A DNA stretch of 64,000 nucleotides from an uncultured Gemmatimonadaceae bacterium (GCA_964571795.1 CAZNDK010000002.1:47466-111465); one strand, 5' to 3'; shown: positions 1 through 11,083, counted from the stretch's first letter. Program-made: numbers and translations. The notes: generated by a model not told the origin, from the letters alone.

Positions 1-1
1 G

Positions 2-382
2 CAGACCCCGCTCGAGTTCCACCCCAACGCCATGCCGGCGGCGCTGATGTTCGAGGCCCTCGCCCTGCAGGGGGGCGACAAGGCGTTTCGGTACTACGAC
101 CTGGTGTACGCGGAGCAGGAGCGACTGGTGGCGGAGGGCCAGCGGTTCGTCGAGGACGCGGCGCGGCGGGTGGGGGCCGACGTGCCCCGCGCCTTGCGCG
201 ACCAGCAGAGTGAGGCCGTCCGCGCCCGGGTCGCGGCCGACATGGCAGAGGGCTCCGCCTTCGGGTTCACCGGCACACCAGCCTTCCTGATCAACGGCGT
301 TGCCCTGGAGGGCGCGCACCCGGTGGACAACTTCGTGCCGATCATCGACCGACTGCTGGCAGGGCCCACCTCCGGTCAGTGA
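2..382 (+). CDS. DsbA-family thioredoxin-fold protein, C-terminal part (5' end outside window)
   Basis: Frame is open from nt 2 to TGA at 380-382. The tail FGFTGTPAFLINGVALEGAHPVDNFVPIIDRLL is typical of DsbA-like oxidoreductases. GC-rich third positions. Confidence 0.7.
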   Translation, partial: QTPLEFHPNAMPAALMFEALALQGGDKAFRYYDLVYAEQERLVAEGQRFVEDAARRVGADVPRALRDQQSEAVRARVAADMAEGSAFGFTGTPAFLINGVALEGAHPVDNFVPIIDRLLAGPTSGQ

Positions 383-457
383 GGCGGCGCACCCCTCTAC
401 GACAACGACCCTCCGGCCAGGCGCCGGAGGGTCGTTTCTCGTACTGAAGGAGACTGG

Positions 458-1006
458 CTAGCGCAGGCCGAGCTCGGTCACCGTGGTGAGGGCCGCCACG
501 GCGACACCGCGCGCCTCGAGCGCGGCCCGTCCACCCTCCTCGCGGTCCACCACGGCGAGCACTCCCAGCACCGTGCCGCCCTCCTCCTCCACCGCCGCGA
601 TGGCCTGCAGCGCCGACCCGCCGGAGGTGATCACGTCCTCCACGACCACGACGGCGTCGCCCGCGCGGAAGTTGCCCTCCACCCGCCGCTTGGTGCCGTG
701 GCCCTTGGCTTCCTTGCGGACGCTGAAGGCATCGATGACCGGGCCCTGCGCCCGGCTGGCGAGCGCCACCGCGTAGGCCACCGGGTCGGCGCCCATCGTG
801 AGCCCGCCCACCGCCGCCGGCACCCAGCCCCGGGCGCGGAGCGCGGCGAGGCCGAGCCGGCCAATGAGGTGCAGTCCCTCGGCGGCCATCGTGGTCGGTC
901 GCGCGTCGATGTAGTAGGTGGAGCGGGCGCCGGAGGCCAGCGTGAAGTCGCCGTGGCGTACGGAGCGCTCGTGCAGGAGGCGAAGGAGCGCCGCGTGGTC
1001 GCCCAC
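458..1006 (-). CDS. pyrE: orotate phosphoribosyltransferase
   Basis: 182 aa. FTLASGARSTYYID motif and PRPP-binding loop VVVVEDVITSGGS. Starts 3 nt after the kinase gene stop on the same strand. Confidence 0.9.
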   Translation of the reverse strand: MGDHAALLRLLHERSVRHGDFTLASGARSTYYIDARPTTMAAEGLHLIGRLGLAALRARGWVPAAVGGLTMGADPVAYAVALASRAQGPVIDAFSVRKEAKGHGTKRRVEGNFRAGDAVVVVEDVITSGGSALQAIAAVEEEGGTVLGVLAVVDREEGGRAALEARGVAVAALTTVTELGLR

Positions 1007-1009
1007 CGG

Positions 1010-1903
<894 letters not shown>

Positions 1904-2042
1904 GAGAGGGAGGAAGCTACTCGCCGCGGGCGAGGCCTGCAAGCAGGCGGCGGCCCCGCGCTTGACCCTGCTTCGCCGCAGGGGATAACCTTACGCCCGA
2001 CCGTCCCGCGCAGACATCCTGCCAGTCCCCGAAGGGGGCCTC

Positions 2043-3383
2043 GTGTTCCGATCCCGCCTCATCCTGTGGCTCCTCCTGCCCCTGGCCGCGTGCAGCTCGT
2101 GGCAACGCGTGGGTGACAGTTCGACGCCCACGCCCGAGGAGTCGCTCACCAGCCTGTTTGACATGCCGGCGGTCTACCGGACGATGGGCCGCTTGGCGGC
2201 CGGTCCGCCGCTGCCCTTCGTGGGCACCGTGGCCTTCGCCGCCGGACCCGGCGACTCCGTGAAGGCGATCCTTGGCCTGTCTATCGAAAACCGCGCGCTC
2301 TCCTTCCAGAAGGACGGCGCCAACTTCGTGGCCCACTACCGGGTCGAGATGTTCCTCGAGTCGTCGAACGCGCCGCCCATCCGGTTCGCGCGCGACGAGG
2401 AGGTGCGGGTCAGCCAGTTCGCGGAGACAATGCGCAACGACGAGAGCGTGCTCTTCCAGCAGCTGTACCACCTGAAGGCGGGGGCCTACCACGTGACGGT
2501 GTCCGTGCGGGACCCCGCGTCGTCGCGGCAGACGCAGTCGAGCGCCGATTTCGTGGCGCCCGACTTCACCGCCGGCTCGTTCAGCGCGCCGATCCTGGCG
2601 TACCAGGTGACCGGCCGCCGCCTCCGGGAGCAGGACCTCTCGGTGGTCCTCAGCCCCCGCGGCACGGTCAGTTACGGCGGGGACACGCTGCTCGCGCTGG
2701 TCGAGGGCTACAACTTCACCGAGCCGACGGACATTCCGCTGGAGATCATCGACGACCTCGACCAGGTGATCGTGCGCGACACCCTGCACTTCGCCGGGGG
2801 GCGCGAGGTCGAGCCCCAGGTGGTCCGCCTGGTGCCGGACAGCCAGCCGCTCGGCGAGCTTCGGCTCGTAATCGGATCCGGCGCGGCGCGGAAGGAGACG
2901 TACGCCCTCGTGTCGTTCTCCAGCGCGTGGATCCTCACCAACTACGCCGAGATGGTGGACCTGCTCCGCTACTTCGGGCACGAGGACCAGGTCCGCCAGC
3001 TGAAGAAGGCGCCGGCCAGCGAACGGCCGCGGCTCTGGCAGGAATTCTACCGGGACACCGACCCGGTGCCGGTCACGCCGGAAAACGAGGCGCTCGAGGA
3101 GTACTTCGGGCGGATGGCCATCGCCAACCAGCGGTTCACGAACGAGGATCTTCCCGGCTGGCGGACCGACCGCGGCATGGTGTTGATCACCCTCGGCGAG
3201 CCGGATCAGGTCTACAACAGCGACGCTTCCGTCCAGGGGCGCTACATCCGCTGGACCTACACCAACCAGCGGCTCGAGCTGCTCTTCGAGGACGAGTCCG
3301 GGCTCGGGCGGTTCCGGCTCACCTCCGACTCCCGGGCAGCCTACAACCAGGTGCTCGCCCGTGTCCAGCGGGGAGCCTCATGA
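2043..3383 (+). CDS. GWxTD domain-containing lipoprotein
   Basis: GTG start. Lipoprotein-type signal LLLPLAAC. C-terminal LPGWRTDRGMVLITLGEPD matches the GWxTD signature. Confidence 0.8.
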   Translation: MFRSRLILWLLLPLAACSSWQRVGDSSTPTPEESLTSLFDMPAVYRTMGRLAAGPPLPFVGTVAFAAGPGDSVKAILGLSIENRALSFQKDGANFVAHYRVEMFLESSNAPPIRFARDEEVRVSQFAETMRNDESVLFQQLYHLKAGAYHVTVSVRDPASSRQTQSSADFVAPDFTAGSFSAPILAYQVTGRRLREQDLSVVLSPRGTVSYGGDTLLALVEGYNFTEPTDIPLEIIDDLDQVIVRDTLHFAGGREVEPQVVRLVPDSQPLGELRLVIGSGAARKETYALVSFSSAWILTNYAEMVDLLRYFGHEDQVRQLKKAPASERPRLWQEFYRDTDPVPVTPENEALEEYFGRMAIANQRFTNEDLPGWRTDRGMVLITLGEPDQVYNSDASVQGRYIRWTYTNQRLELLFEDESGLGRFRLTSDSRAAYNQVLARVQRGAS

Positions 3384-6205
3384 CCGCACCACCACCCGGC
3401 GGCGAGCGGCCCCGGGTGTTCCTGGTGGACGGCTACGCCCTGATCTATCGCGCCTTCTTCGCGATGATCACGCGCCCGCTGCGGACCGCCAAGGGGGAAA
3501 ACACCTCCGCCGCCTGGGGCGTGGCGAACTTCCTCGCGCGCCTCCTCGACACCCACCGCCCCGAGTACGTGGCGTGGGTGCACGACGCCGGGGATTCCTT
3601 CCGCACGGCCCGCTATCCCGAATACAAGTCCACCCGCGAAAAGCTCGACGAGGAACTCCAGGCGGACTTCGACACTGCAATCGTCCGCGTGACGCAGCTC
3701 CTCGCCGCGTGGCGCGTGCCGCTGGTTAGCGTCGAGGGGTACGAGGCGGACGACGTGATCGGCACCCTGGCCCGGGAGGCCGCCGAGCGCGACCTACAGG
3801 TCGTTATCGTGTCGGGCGACAAGGACTTCTACCAGTTGATCGGCCCACGGGTGGCCTTGCTCAACCCGGGGCGCGGCGGCCCCGGGGCGGTGGAAGAGGT
3901 GTATGTGGACGAGTCGAATGCCGCCGAGCGGCTCGGGGTGCCGCCCCGCCAGGTGGCGGACTACCTGGCACTGGTCGGCGACAGCTCCGACAACGTGCCG
4001 GGCGTCAAGGGCATCGGCGACAAGGGCGCGCGGCAGCTGCTCGAGGAGTACGGCGATCTCGAGACCATCCTGGCGCGGGCCGCCGACGTGACCGGCAAGC
4101 GGGCCCGCGAGGCGCTCCTCGCGCAGCCCGAGCAGGCACGCCTGTCCCGCGAGCTGGTCACCATCCAGACCAACGTGCCGGTGGCCTTCGAGCCCGACCG
4201 CCTGGCCCGGCAGGAGCCGGACCGCGACGCGATGGCGCGGGTGCTGGCGGAACTCGAGTTCTACGGATTGGCGCGGAGACTGGGGTTGGGCGGTGAACAG
4301 GCGGGTCAGCGGGTCAGCGGGGAGGCGGAGGTTGCAGGGGCCTCCCCGCTCCTCAAGCTCTCCGACGACGCCCTCCGTGTCACCGTCGTCGACGACGCGA
4401 GTGCCCTTCCCGCCCTCGTGGCACGCCTGCGCCAGGCGCCGCTCGTGGCGCTCGACACCGAGACCACCTCGCTCGAACCGCACGACGCGGAGCTCATTGG
4501 GCTCTCGCTGGCGGCGAGCGCCACGGAGGTCTGGTACCTCCCCTTCGGGCACCGTCCCCGCGCCGGCGCGCTCGCGGCACCCGCCCCGGTGCACAACCTC
4601 CCGCCGCTCACCGACCCCGCGTGTGCGCCAGTGGCCGAGCTGCTGCGCGATCCGGGCGTGCCGAAGGCGGGGCAGAACATCAAGTACGACTGGCAGGTGC
4701 TCCGCCGCGCCGGCGTGGAGCTGGCCGGGGTCACGTACGACTCGATGCTCGCGAGCTTCGTCCTCGACCCGGGCCGCCGCTCCCATGCGATCGACGCGCT
4801 GAGCCTCGAGCACCTCGGGCGCGGTATGCGGAGCTACACCGACCTCACGGGCAAAGGGGCGTCGCAGATCCCGTTCGCCGAAGTCGATGTGGCGGACGCC
4901 GCGGCCTACTGCGGGGCCGACAGCGCCACCGTCCTGGCGCTGCACACGCTCTTCGCGCCGCAGCTGAAGGAGATGGCGCTGGCGCCGCTGCTCGATGACC
5001 TCGAGATGCCGCTCGTCGAGGTGCTGGTTGACATGGAGTGGGCGGGGATCGCCATCGACCGGCCGCTCTTCGAGCGGCTGTCGCGCGACATGGCGGGGGA
5101 GCTGGCCCGCCTCGAGGCGTCCATCCAGGCGGCGGCGGGCACGACCTTCAACCTGAACTCCCCGAAGCAGCTGGGGCAGGTGCTCTACGAACAGCACCAG
5201 CTGCCTATCCTGAAGAAGACCCGCACCGGGCCGTCCACCGACGCCGACGTGCTCGAGCAGCTGGCCGCCATGGGGCATGAGGTGCCGCGCCTCATCCTCG
5301 AGTACCGCGAACTGCAGAAGTTGCGCTCGACCTACGTCGAGGTGCTGCCCGCCCGCGTCAACGCCACGACCGGCCGGATCCACACCAGCTTCAACCAGAC
5401 GGGCGCCGCCACCGGCCGGCTCAGTTCCTCCGACCCGAACCTACAGAACATCCCGGTGCGCACGCCGCGCGGCGAGGCGATCCGGGCCGGCTTCATCCCG
5501 GGGGCGGGGTGCCTCTTCCTCGCCGCCGACTATTCGCAGATCGAGTTGCGGCTCATGGCCCACCTCTCGGGCGACCCGGCCTTCACCGCCGCGTTCCGGC
5601 AGGGCGACGACATCCACCGCCAGACGGCGGCCATCATCTTCAACGTGCCGCTCGCCGAGGTGACGGGCGAGATGCGCGCCCGGGCCAAGACCATCAACTT
5701 CGGCACGATCTACGGCCAGGGGCCGTTCGCGCTCTCCCGGCAGCTGGGCATCTCGCAGGAGGAGGCGAAGGAGTTCATCACGCAGTACTTCCAGCGCTTC
5801 AGCGGCGTCCGCGCCTTCCTCGACCGCCAGGTCGAGATCGCCCGCGAGCAGGGGTATGTCGAGACCCTCCTCGGCCGGCGCCGCTACATCACCGACATCC
5901 GCGACAAGAACTTCAACGTGCGGGCCTTCGCCGAGCGCACAGCCCAGAACACTCCCCTCCAGGGATCCGCCGCCGACCTCATCAAGGTGGCGATGATCCG
6001 CATCCATCACGCGCTCCGGCGCGAGGGCCTCCGCACCCGCATGCTGCTGCAGGTGCACGACGAGCTCGTGTTCGAGGCGCCCGAGGACGAGGTGGAGCGG
6101 GTGCGGCCGCTGGTGAAGGGCCTGATGGAGGGGGCGGCGACGCTGCAGGTGCCGCTGGTCGTGGACGTGGGCGTGGGGAAGAACTGGCTGGAGGCGAAAC
6201 GCTAG
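3380..6205 (+). CDS. polA: DNA polymerase I
   Basis: 5'-nuclease N-terminus VFLVDGYALIYRAFF. 3'-5' exonuclease ALDTETTSLEP. Polymerase motifs DYSQIELR, RARAKTINFGTIYG, QVHDELVFE. ATG at 3380 overlaps the upstream stop (ATGA). The track ORF from 2927 is an in-frame upstream extension overlapping the GWxTD gene. Confidence 0.95.
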   Translation: MTAPPPGGERPRVFLVDGYALIYRAFFAMITRPLRTAKGENTSAAWGVANFLARLLDTHRPEYVAWVHDAGDSFRTARYPEYKSTREKLDEELQADFDTAIVRVTQLLAAWRVPLVSVEGYEADDVIGTLAREAAERDLQVVIVSGDKDFYQLIGPRVALLNPGRGGPGAVEEVYVDESNAAERLGVPPRQVADYLALVGDSSDNVPGVKGIGDKGARQLLEEYGDLETILARAADVTGKRAREALLAQPEQARLSRELVTIQTNVPVAFEPDRLARQEPDRDAMARVLAELEFYGLARRLGLGGEQAGQRVSGEAEVAGASPLLKLSDDALRVTVVDDASALPALVARLRQAPLVALDTETTSLEPHDAELIGLSLAASATEVWYLPFGHRPRAGALAAPAPVHNLPPLTDPACAPVAELLRDPGVPKAGQNIKYDWQVLRRAGVELAGVTYDSMLASFVLDPGRRSHAIDALSLEHLGRGMRSYTDLTGKGASQIPFAEVDVADAAAYCGADSATVLALHTLFAPQLKEMALAPLLDDLEMPLVEVLVDMEWAGIAIDRPLFERLSRDMAGELARLEASIQAAAGTTFNLNSPKQLGQVLYEQHQLPILKKTRTGPSTDADVLEQLAAMGHEVPRLILEYRELQKLRSTYVEVLPARVNATTGRIHTSFNQTGAATGRLSSSDPNLQNIPVRTPRGEAIRAGFIPGAGCLFLAADYSQIELRLMAHLSGDPAFTAAFRQGDDIHRQTAAIIFNVPLAEVTGEMRARAKTINFGTIYGQGPFALSRQLGISQEEAKEFITQYFQRFSGVRAFLDRQVEIAREQGYVETLLGRRRYITDIRDKNFNVRAFAERTAQNTPLQGSAADLIKVAMIRIHHALRREGLRTRMLLQVHDELVFEAPEDEVERVRPLVKGLMEGAATLQVPLVVDVGVGKNWLEAKR

Positions 6206-6206
6206 G

Positions 6207-8468
6207 TTAGTCCTCCTCCTTCCGCTGCTCCCTGACCCCCGGCCACCAGTTCCAGCGCCCGGCGAGGTGCATGAACGCGGGCACCAGCACCATCCGGATG
6301 ATCGTGGCGTCGAGCAGGACGGCCACCGCCAGCCCGAAGCCGAGGAACTGCACCATCAGCACCCGCGCGAAGGCGAAGGCGCCGAAGACCAGGATCATGA
6401 CGAGCGCGGCGGAGGTGATGACCGAGGCCGTGGCCGACAACCCCTCCATCGTGGCCTCCTTGTTCCGCCCCGTGCGGTCGTAGGCCTCCTTGATCCGGCT
6501 CAGCAGGAACACCTCGTAGTCCATGCTCAGGCCGAAGACGATGGCGAAGACCATCACCGGCACCACCACGTAGATGGCGGAGGTGGGCCCGTCCAGCCCG
6601 AGCAGCCCCGCCCCCCACCCATACTGGAACACGAGCACGCTGAGTCCGAAGGTCGCGCTCACCGACAGGCTGTTCATCACGATGGCCTTGATCGGCACCA
6701 GCACCGACCGGAAGGCGATCGCGAGCATGAGGGCCGTCACGCCCAGCACGACGCCGATGAGCAGCGGGAAGACCCGCAGCAGGTCGTCCTGGAAATCGGT
6801 GGCGGCGGCGGTGTAGCCGCCGACGATGATCGTGGTGCCCTTGAGCCCGCGGATCGGCGCGTCCCGGATCGCGCGGATGTCGCGAACCAGCTGCATCGAC
6901 GTGGTAAGGGTGGTCGTGTCGGCGGGGAAGACGTCCACCAGCGCGATCCGCTGGTCGGTGCCGAGGTAGGCGTCCAGAAAGTCGCCGAGATCGGCGCGCG
7001 CGGCGGGGAGGTCGCTGTAGAGCACCGAGTACTCCAGCAGCGAGGCGCCCTTCTTCACCGTCGTCAGGCTGGTGACACGGCCCACGCGTGGGTCCGCCGC
7101 GAGCGAGTCCGTCAGGTTGCGGAGCCCGCGGAGCCGGGCCGCCGTCGTGATGGTTTCGCCCTCCGGCACTTCCACGAGCACGCGGATCGGGAGCATGATC
7201 CCCGACGCGCCCATCGCAGAAAGCGTCTCGGCGCCGCGACCCGCCTCGGTGGCGGTGGGCCACCAGTGGCGCGACGGCAGCCCGATCTTGATCAGGAACA
7301 CCGGGGCGGTGAGCAGCAGGACCCCGACCCCGCCCAGCGTGAGCGCGCGGTAGGGATGCCGGCTCAGGGAGCGCGCCCAGCGCTCCCAAATGGTCGGGGC
7401 GTGGTACCAGGCCAGCCGCCGGGCGAGCCAGCGCGGCGTGTCGATGGCGCGCCCGAGGATCGCGAGCAGGGCCGGCAGCAGGGTCGTCGACAGGAGCACC
7501 GCCACGGCGACGACCACGAGGCCGCTCAAGCCGATACTGCGAGTTTCGACCATGGGAGGAATCAGCAGGGCCGCGAAGCCGACCAGGACCGTGAGCCCCG
7601 AGGTGATGACCGCGCTGCCGGCGGTGGCGAGTGTCCGGCGGGCGGCTTCATGGCGCCGGAGGCCGCGCTTCAGCTCTTCGCGGAACCGCGTCACGATGAG
7701 CAGCGAGTAGTCGATGCCGACGCCCAGCCCGATCATCGTCGTGAGGTTGAGGACGAAGACCGACATCGGCGTGTAGAGTGCGAGGATCCCGATGAGCGCC
7801 AGGGCCACGAAGATCGCGAGGATCCCGACCGCCACCGGGAGGAGCGCGGCCACCAGCGCGCCGAAGGCGAGCACCAGGACCATCAGGGTGAGCGGCAGCA
7901 CGCGGAGCTCGCTCCGCCGGCTGTCCTCGGCGCTGACGTGCCGGATGTCCAGGTCCAGCGCGGCCCGGCCGGTCACCGTGGCCCGGTAGTCCTCGGCGTC
8001 GGGGAACGCCGCCAGCGCGCGCTGGACCGCCCGCCGGGCCGGCACCACGTACGCGCCGGCGTCCTTCCCCGGTACGCTGAGGGCGACCAGGATGAAGGTG
8101 GTGCGTCCGTTGCTGCTGATGAAGAGGGAGTCGCCGGTCGAGGCGAAGCTCAAGACGGACCGGACGTACGGTTCGCGCCGCATGCGTGCGACGAGGGAAT
8201 CCAGGATGGCCGCGGGGCCGGGCCGGTCCACCGGCACCGGAGCCTCGAAGGTGATCGCGAAGAACTCGCCGATGGAACGGCTGAAGCGCGCCTGCAGCAG
8301 CCGGTCCGCGCGGACCGCCTCGGTTTCCCGGGTGCTGCCGCCCCGGAGGTCGAGGCGCTCCGGCGTAAGCCGGGCCTGGATGACCGCGAGCGTGCCGACG
8401 ATCACCCAGAGCGCGATGACCGCCCACCGGAACTTCACGACGGCCCGCGCGAACAACTTCATCACCAC
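6207..8468 (-). CDS. MMPL/RND-superfamily membrane transporter
   Basis: 753 aa. Two multi-TM blocks, each followed by the MMPL hallmark (VGIDYSLLIVTRFREEL and GLSMDYEVFLLSRIKEAY). GTG start at 8468, with an alternative ATG at 8462. Convergent with polA across a 1-nt gap. Confidence 0.85.
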   Translation of the reverse strand: MVMKLFARAVVKFRWAVIALWVIVGTLAVIQARLTPERLDLRGGSTRETEAVRADRLLQARFSRSIGEFFAITFEAPVPVDRPGPAAILDSLVARMRREPYVRSVLSFASTGDSLFISSNGRTTFILVALSVPGKDAGAYVVPARRAVQRALAAFPDAEDYRATVTGRAALDLDIRHVSAEDSRRSELRVLPLTLMVLVLAFGALVAALLPVAVGILAIFVALALIGILALYTPMSVFVLNLTTMIGLGVGIDYSLLIVTRFREELKRGLRRHEAARRTLATAGSAVITSGLTVLVGFAALLIPPMVETRSIGLSGLVVVAVAVLLSTTLLPALLAILGRAIDTPRWLARRLAWYHAPTIWERWARSLSRHPYRALTLGGVGVLLLTAPVFLIKIGLPSRHWWPTATEAGRGAETLSAMGASGIMLPIRVLVEVPEGETITTAARLRGLRNLTDSLAADPRVGRVTSLTTVKKGASLLEYSVLYSDLPAARADLGDFLDAYLGTDQRIALVDVFPADTTTLTTSMQLVRDIRAIRDAPIRGLKGTTIIVGGYTAAATDFQDDLLRVFPLLIGVVLGVTALMLAIAFRSVLVPIKAIVMNSLSVSATFGLSVLVFQYGWGAGLLGLDGPTSAIYVVVPVMVFAIVFGLSMDYEVFLLSRIKEAYDRTGRNKEATMEGLSATASVITSAALVMILVFGAFAFARVLMVQFLGFGLAVAVLLDATIIRMVLVPAFMHLAGRWNWWPGVREQRKEED

Positions 8469-8597
8469 GGCGTGCGGTTCTCCCCGGCGGCGGGGCCGCG
8501 ACGCGCGGGCCCGGATCTGCCAATGTTAGGGGGCGCCGGCACGCCCCGCCACCCGATGTAGCGATGACTCCGGCTCCCGGCCCATATTGCGACCAGC

Positions 8598-9353
8598 ATG
8601 CAACGCTTCCTGGTGTTCGTCCTGCTCGCGCTGACCGCCCTGCTGGCCGTCGGCACCGCGCGCCGCTACCGGGCCCGGTCCGCCGGGCGCTCGATGGCCG
8701 CCGCAAGCGCGCCCGCCGCCGTGGCCGCCGTCCCGCCGGTCTCGGACAGTGCGCGCACCGCGGCCCGCGCGCTCCTGGCCCGCGACATCGGACAAACATA
8801 CCTCGATTCCATGGTCCTCAGCACCGATTCGCTCATCCGGCGGTGGCCCGATCGCGGCGGCCGCCCCTTCCGCGTCGCCATCCTGGAGGGCGGATCTCCC
8901 GACTACGGCGTGAGGATGGCCGGTTTCGTTCGCGAGGCCGCGTCCCGGTGGGAGGCCGCCGGCGTCGGATTCTGGTTTGCGTTCAGCGGCGACAGCGCGG
9001 ACGCGGATATCCTGTTCCGCTGGCGGGAGAGCTTCGGCAACGGCAACCAGGCGGGCGTGACCGACCTGCGCTGGTCCAACGCCGGGCCGGTGGTCCACGC
9101 CTACGTGTCCCTGGCCACGCGGAACGCGGGCGACTCGCTGTTCACCGACGAGGCCATGCTCGGCGCCGCGGTGCACGAGCTCGGGCACGCCATGGGGCTG
9201 CCGCACTCGGCGGACAGCGGCGACGTGATGTTTCCGGTGACCCGGGTGACCGCCGTCTCCGCGCGCGACCGCGCGAGCGCCCAGTTGCTCTACGCCCTGC
9301 CACCCGGTTCGCTGCGGACGACGCCGCCCGGCGACACGGAGGGTCCGCGTTGA
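8598..9353 (+). CDS. matrixin-like (M10-type) zinc metalloprotease, secreted
   Basis: N-terminal hydrophobic signal. Zinc site VHELGHAMGLPHS (HExxHxxGxxH) followed by DVMFP. Confidence 0.75.
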   Translation: MQRFLVFVLLALTALLAVGTARRYRARSAGRSMAAASAPAAVAAVPPVSDSARTAARALLARDIGQTYLDSMVLSTDSLIRRWPDRGGRPFRVAILEGGSPDYGVRMAGFVREAASRWEAAGVGFWFAFSGDSADADILFRWRESFGNGNQAGVTDLRWSNAGPVVHAYVSLATRNAGDSLFTDEAMLGAAVHELGHAMGLPHSADSGDVMFPVTRVTAVSARDRASAQLLYALPPGSLRTTPPGDTEGPR

Positions 9354-9398
9354 CGGGGGAAGGTCCCGTTCGATAGCTTGCGCGGAGGAGGTGGACCC

Positions 9399-9695
9399 AT
9401 GGTGACCACGGAGCTGGTGCGGAAGGCGCTCAAGGGCGTCAAGGACCCCGAGCTGGGGCTGAACGTCGTGGACATCGGCCTGATCTACGACGTGCAGGTC
9501 TCGGAGGCGGGGGATGTGCACATCACGATGAGCCTTACCTCGCCGGGGTGTCCGTCGGGGCCTGAGATTATGGGCGACGTCAAGCAGGTGGTGGGTGACC
9601 TCGACGGCGTCAACAGCGTGGAGGTCGAGCTGGTCTGGGAGCCGTACTGGACTCCCGACCGGATGGACCCGCGGGTACGGGCCTTCCTGGGCTGA
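9399..9695 (+). CDS. DUF59/MIP18-family Fe-S assembly protein (SufT/PaaD-like)
   Basis: DPELGLNVVDIGLIY and LTSPGCP motifs. ATG at 9399 is preceded by GGAGGAGG 7 nt upstream; the track ORF begins at a TTG at 9378. Confidence 0.8.
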   Translation: MVTTELVRKALKGVKDPELGLNVVDIGLIYDVQVSEAGDVHITMSLTSPGCPSGPEIMGDVKQVVGDLDGVNSVEVELVWEPYWTPDRMDPRVRAFLG

Positions 9696-9698
9696 GCG

Positions 9699-10931
9699 TC
9701 AGCCGCCTGCCGGCGCCGGCGCGGGCTCCGGCAGGACGGCCAGCAGTTCCCTCCCGAATTCCTTCCGCTGCCAGCGGCGGAGCGATGGAATCCCCTCCAG
9801 CTCCTCGACCGTGCCGGGCGCGAGCCTCGCAATCTCTTCCAGGGTGCCGTTGGGGCAGGTGACGCCCGGCGCGAGGTCGAGCCGCTGCGCGATGATGTTG
9901 CGCGCGGCCTTCAGGCGCTCGAGCCGCGCGTCGGCCGCGGGATCCGCGGCGCGCCGCATCGGCCGCGGCAGCCGCGGCAGGTCCCGTTCGGGGATCGCCA
10001 TGGCCTGCTCGATGGCGTCGAGAATCTCCGGGCCGCGCCGGGCGATGGTCTCGGGCCCCACGCCACGCACGCGCTGCAGATCTTCCAGGGTCCTGGGGGG
10101 CTGCCGGGCCATGTCGAAGAGCGGCTCGTTGTTCAGGATCCGGAACGAGGCGCGGTCGAGCCGGCGGGCAGTGGCCTCGCGCCAGTCGAAGAGGGCGCGG
10201 AGCAGCGCGAGTTCCCGGCCCTTGAGCGCCTTGGCCCCCTTGAGCCGGAGGTATGCGGGCTCGGCGGGGTCGGCGGGCGTCCAGGCCACGCCCTCCAGCA
10301 GGCCGAACTCTTCTTCGACCCAGGCGAGGCGGCCCCGCGCCTCCAGCTGGCGGCGCAGTTCATCGCGCAGGGCCGGAAGGTGCCGGGTGTCGGTGGCCGC
10401 GTACGCCAGCATTTCCGTGGACAGCGGGCGCGCGGACCAGTCGGCGCGCTGATACTTCTTGTTGAGGGTCACCCCGAAGTACTTCTCGAGCAGGGCGGCC
10501 AGGCCGATCCCCGGCTCGTTGAGGAACTGTGCGGCCACCCGGGTATCGAAGAGCCGCGCGGCGCGAATGCCGTACTGCCGCTCGAGGAGCCGGAGGTCAT
10601 AGTCGGCGTCGTGGAAGATGACCTCGATGGACGGGTCGGCCAGCAGGCCCGCGAACCGTTCGAGGCTCTGCACCGCGAGGGGGTCCACCACCGCCGTCCG
10701 CTCCCGCGAGGAAATCTGGAGCAGGTACACCCGATCCTCGAAGCGGTGGAAACTCGCGGCCTCGGTATCCACGGCGAGGAGTGGCTCCCGGGACAGGTCG
10801 GCCACCAGGGCGTCGAACGCGCCCTGATCCGCGATGACTTCGACGCCGGGGGGAGCTTCGGGGACGGCAGGTCGGGCAGGCGAGTTCGATTCGGCGGGCA
10901 TCTCGGAATAGTGCCGGAACTCGGGTGGCAT
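9699..10931 (-). CDS. rnd: ribonuclease D
   Basis: DEDD exonuclease motifs LAVDTEA, FHDADYDLRLL, YAATDTRHL, plus a C-terminal HRDC-like region. Start uncertain: ATG at 10931 or TTG at 10955. Confidence 0.85.
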   Translation of the reverse strand: MPPEFRHYSEMPAESNSPARPAVPEAPPGVEVIADQGAFDALVADLSREPLLAVDTEAASFHRFEDRVYLLQISSRERTAVVDPLAVQSLERFAGLLADPSIEVIFHDADYDLRLLERQYGIRAARLFDTRVAAQFLNEPGIGLAALLEKYFGVTLNKKYQRADWSARPLSTEMLAYAATDTRHLPALRDELRRQLEARGRLAWVEEEFGLLEGVAWTPADPAEPAYLRLKGAKALKGRELALLRALFDWREATARRLDRASFRILNNEPLFDMARQPPRTLEDLQRVRGVGPETIARRGPEILDAIEQAMAIPERDLPRLPRPMRRAADPAADARLERLKAARNIIAQRLDLAPGVTCPNGTLEEIARLAPGTVEELEGIPSLRRWQRKEFGRELLAVLPEPAPAPAGG

Positions 10932-10958
10932 CGCAACTGGCCTGGTTTCGTGCAACTA

Positions 10959-10977
10959 TGACGTGAGTGTCACGTCA
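10959..10977. promoter_or_regulatory. perfect 8-3-8 palindrome TGACGTGA-GTG-TCACGTCA in the rnd/lipoprotein divergent region
   Basis: All eight arm positions checked base by base. Lies between the divergent starts at 10931/10955 (-) and 11084 (+). Confidence 0.5.
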
Positions 10978-11083
10978 CTAAGACGACACTCTCTACAGCT
11001 CCAACCTGACTTCTCGTATTACCCCGTCTAGATTCCTCCCCCGCAGGACAGGTCCCTCACCACACCGCACCTTCTTTGGAGTC

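Noticed and set aside
2927-3379. N-terminal 151-aa extension of the polA ORF given by the track
   Set aside because: It overlaps the GWxTD gene in another frame and is Arg/Pro/Ala-rich with no polymerase homology. The conserved 5'-nuclease N-terminus begins right after the ATG at 3380.
8526-9521. 331-aa minus-strand ORF overlapping the matrixin-like gene
   Set aside because: The plus-strand ORF carries a signal peptide and an HExxHxxGxxH zinc site. The minus-strand translation has no motifs and wrong-frame composition.
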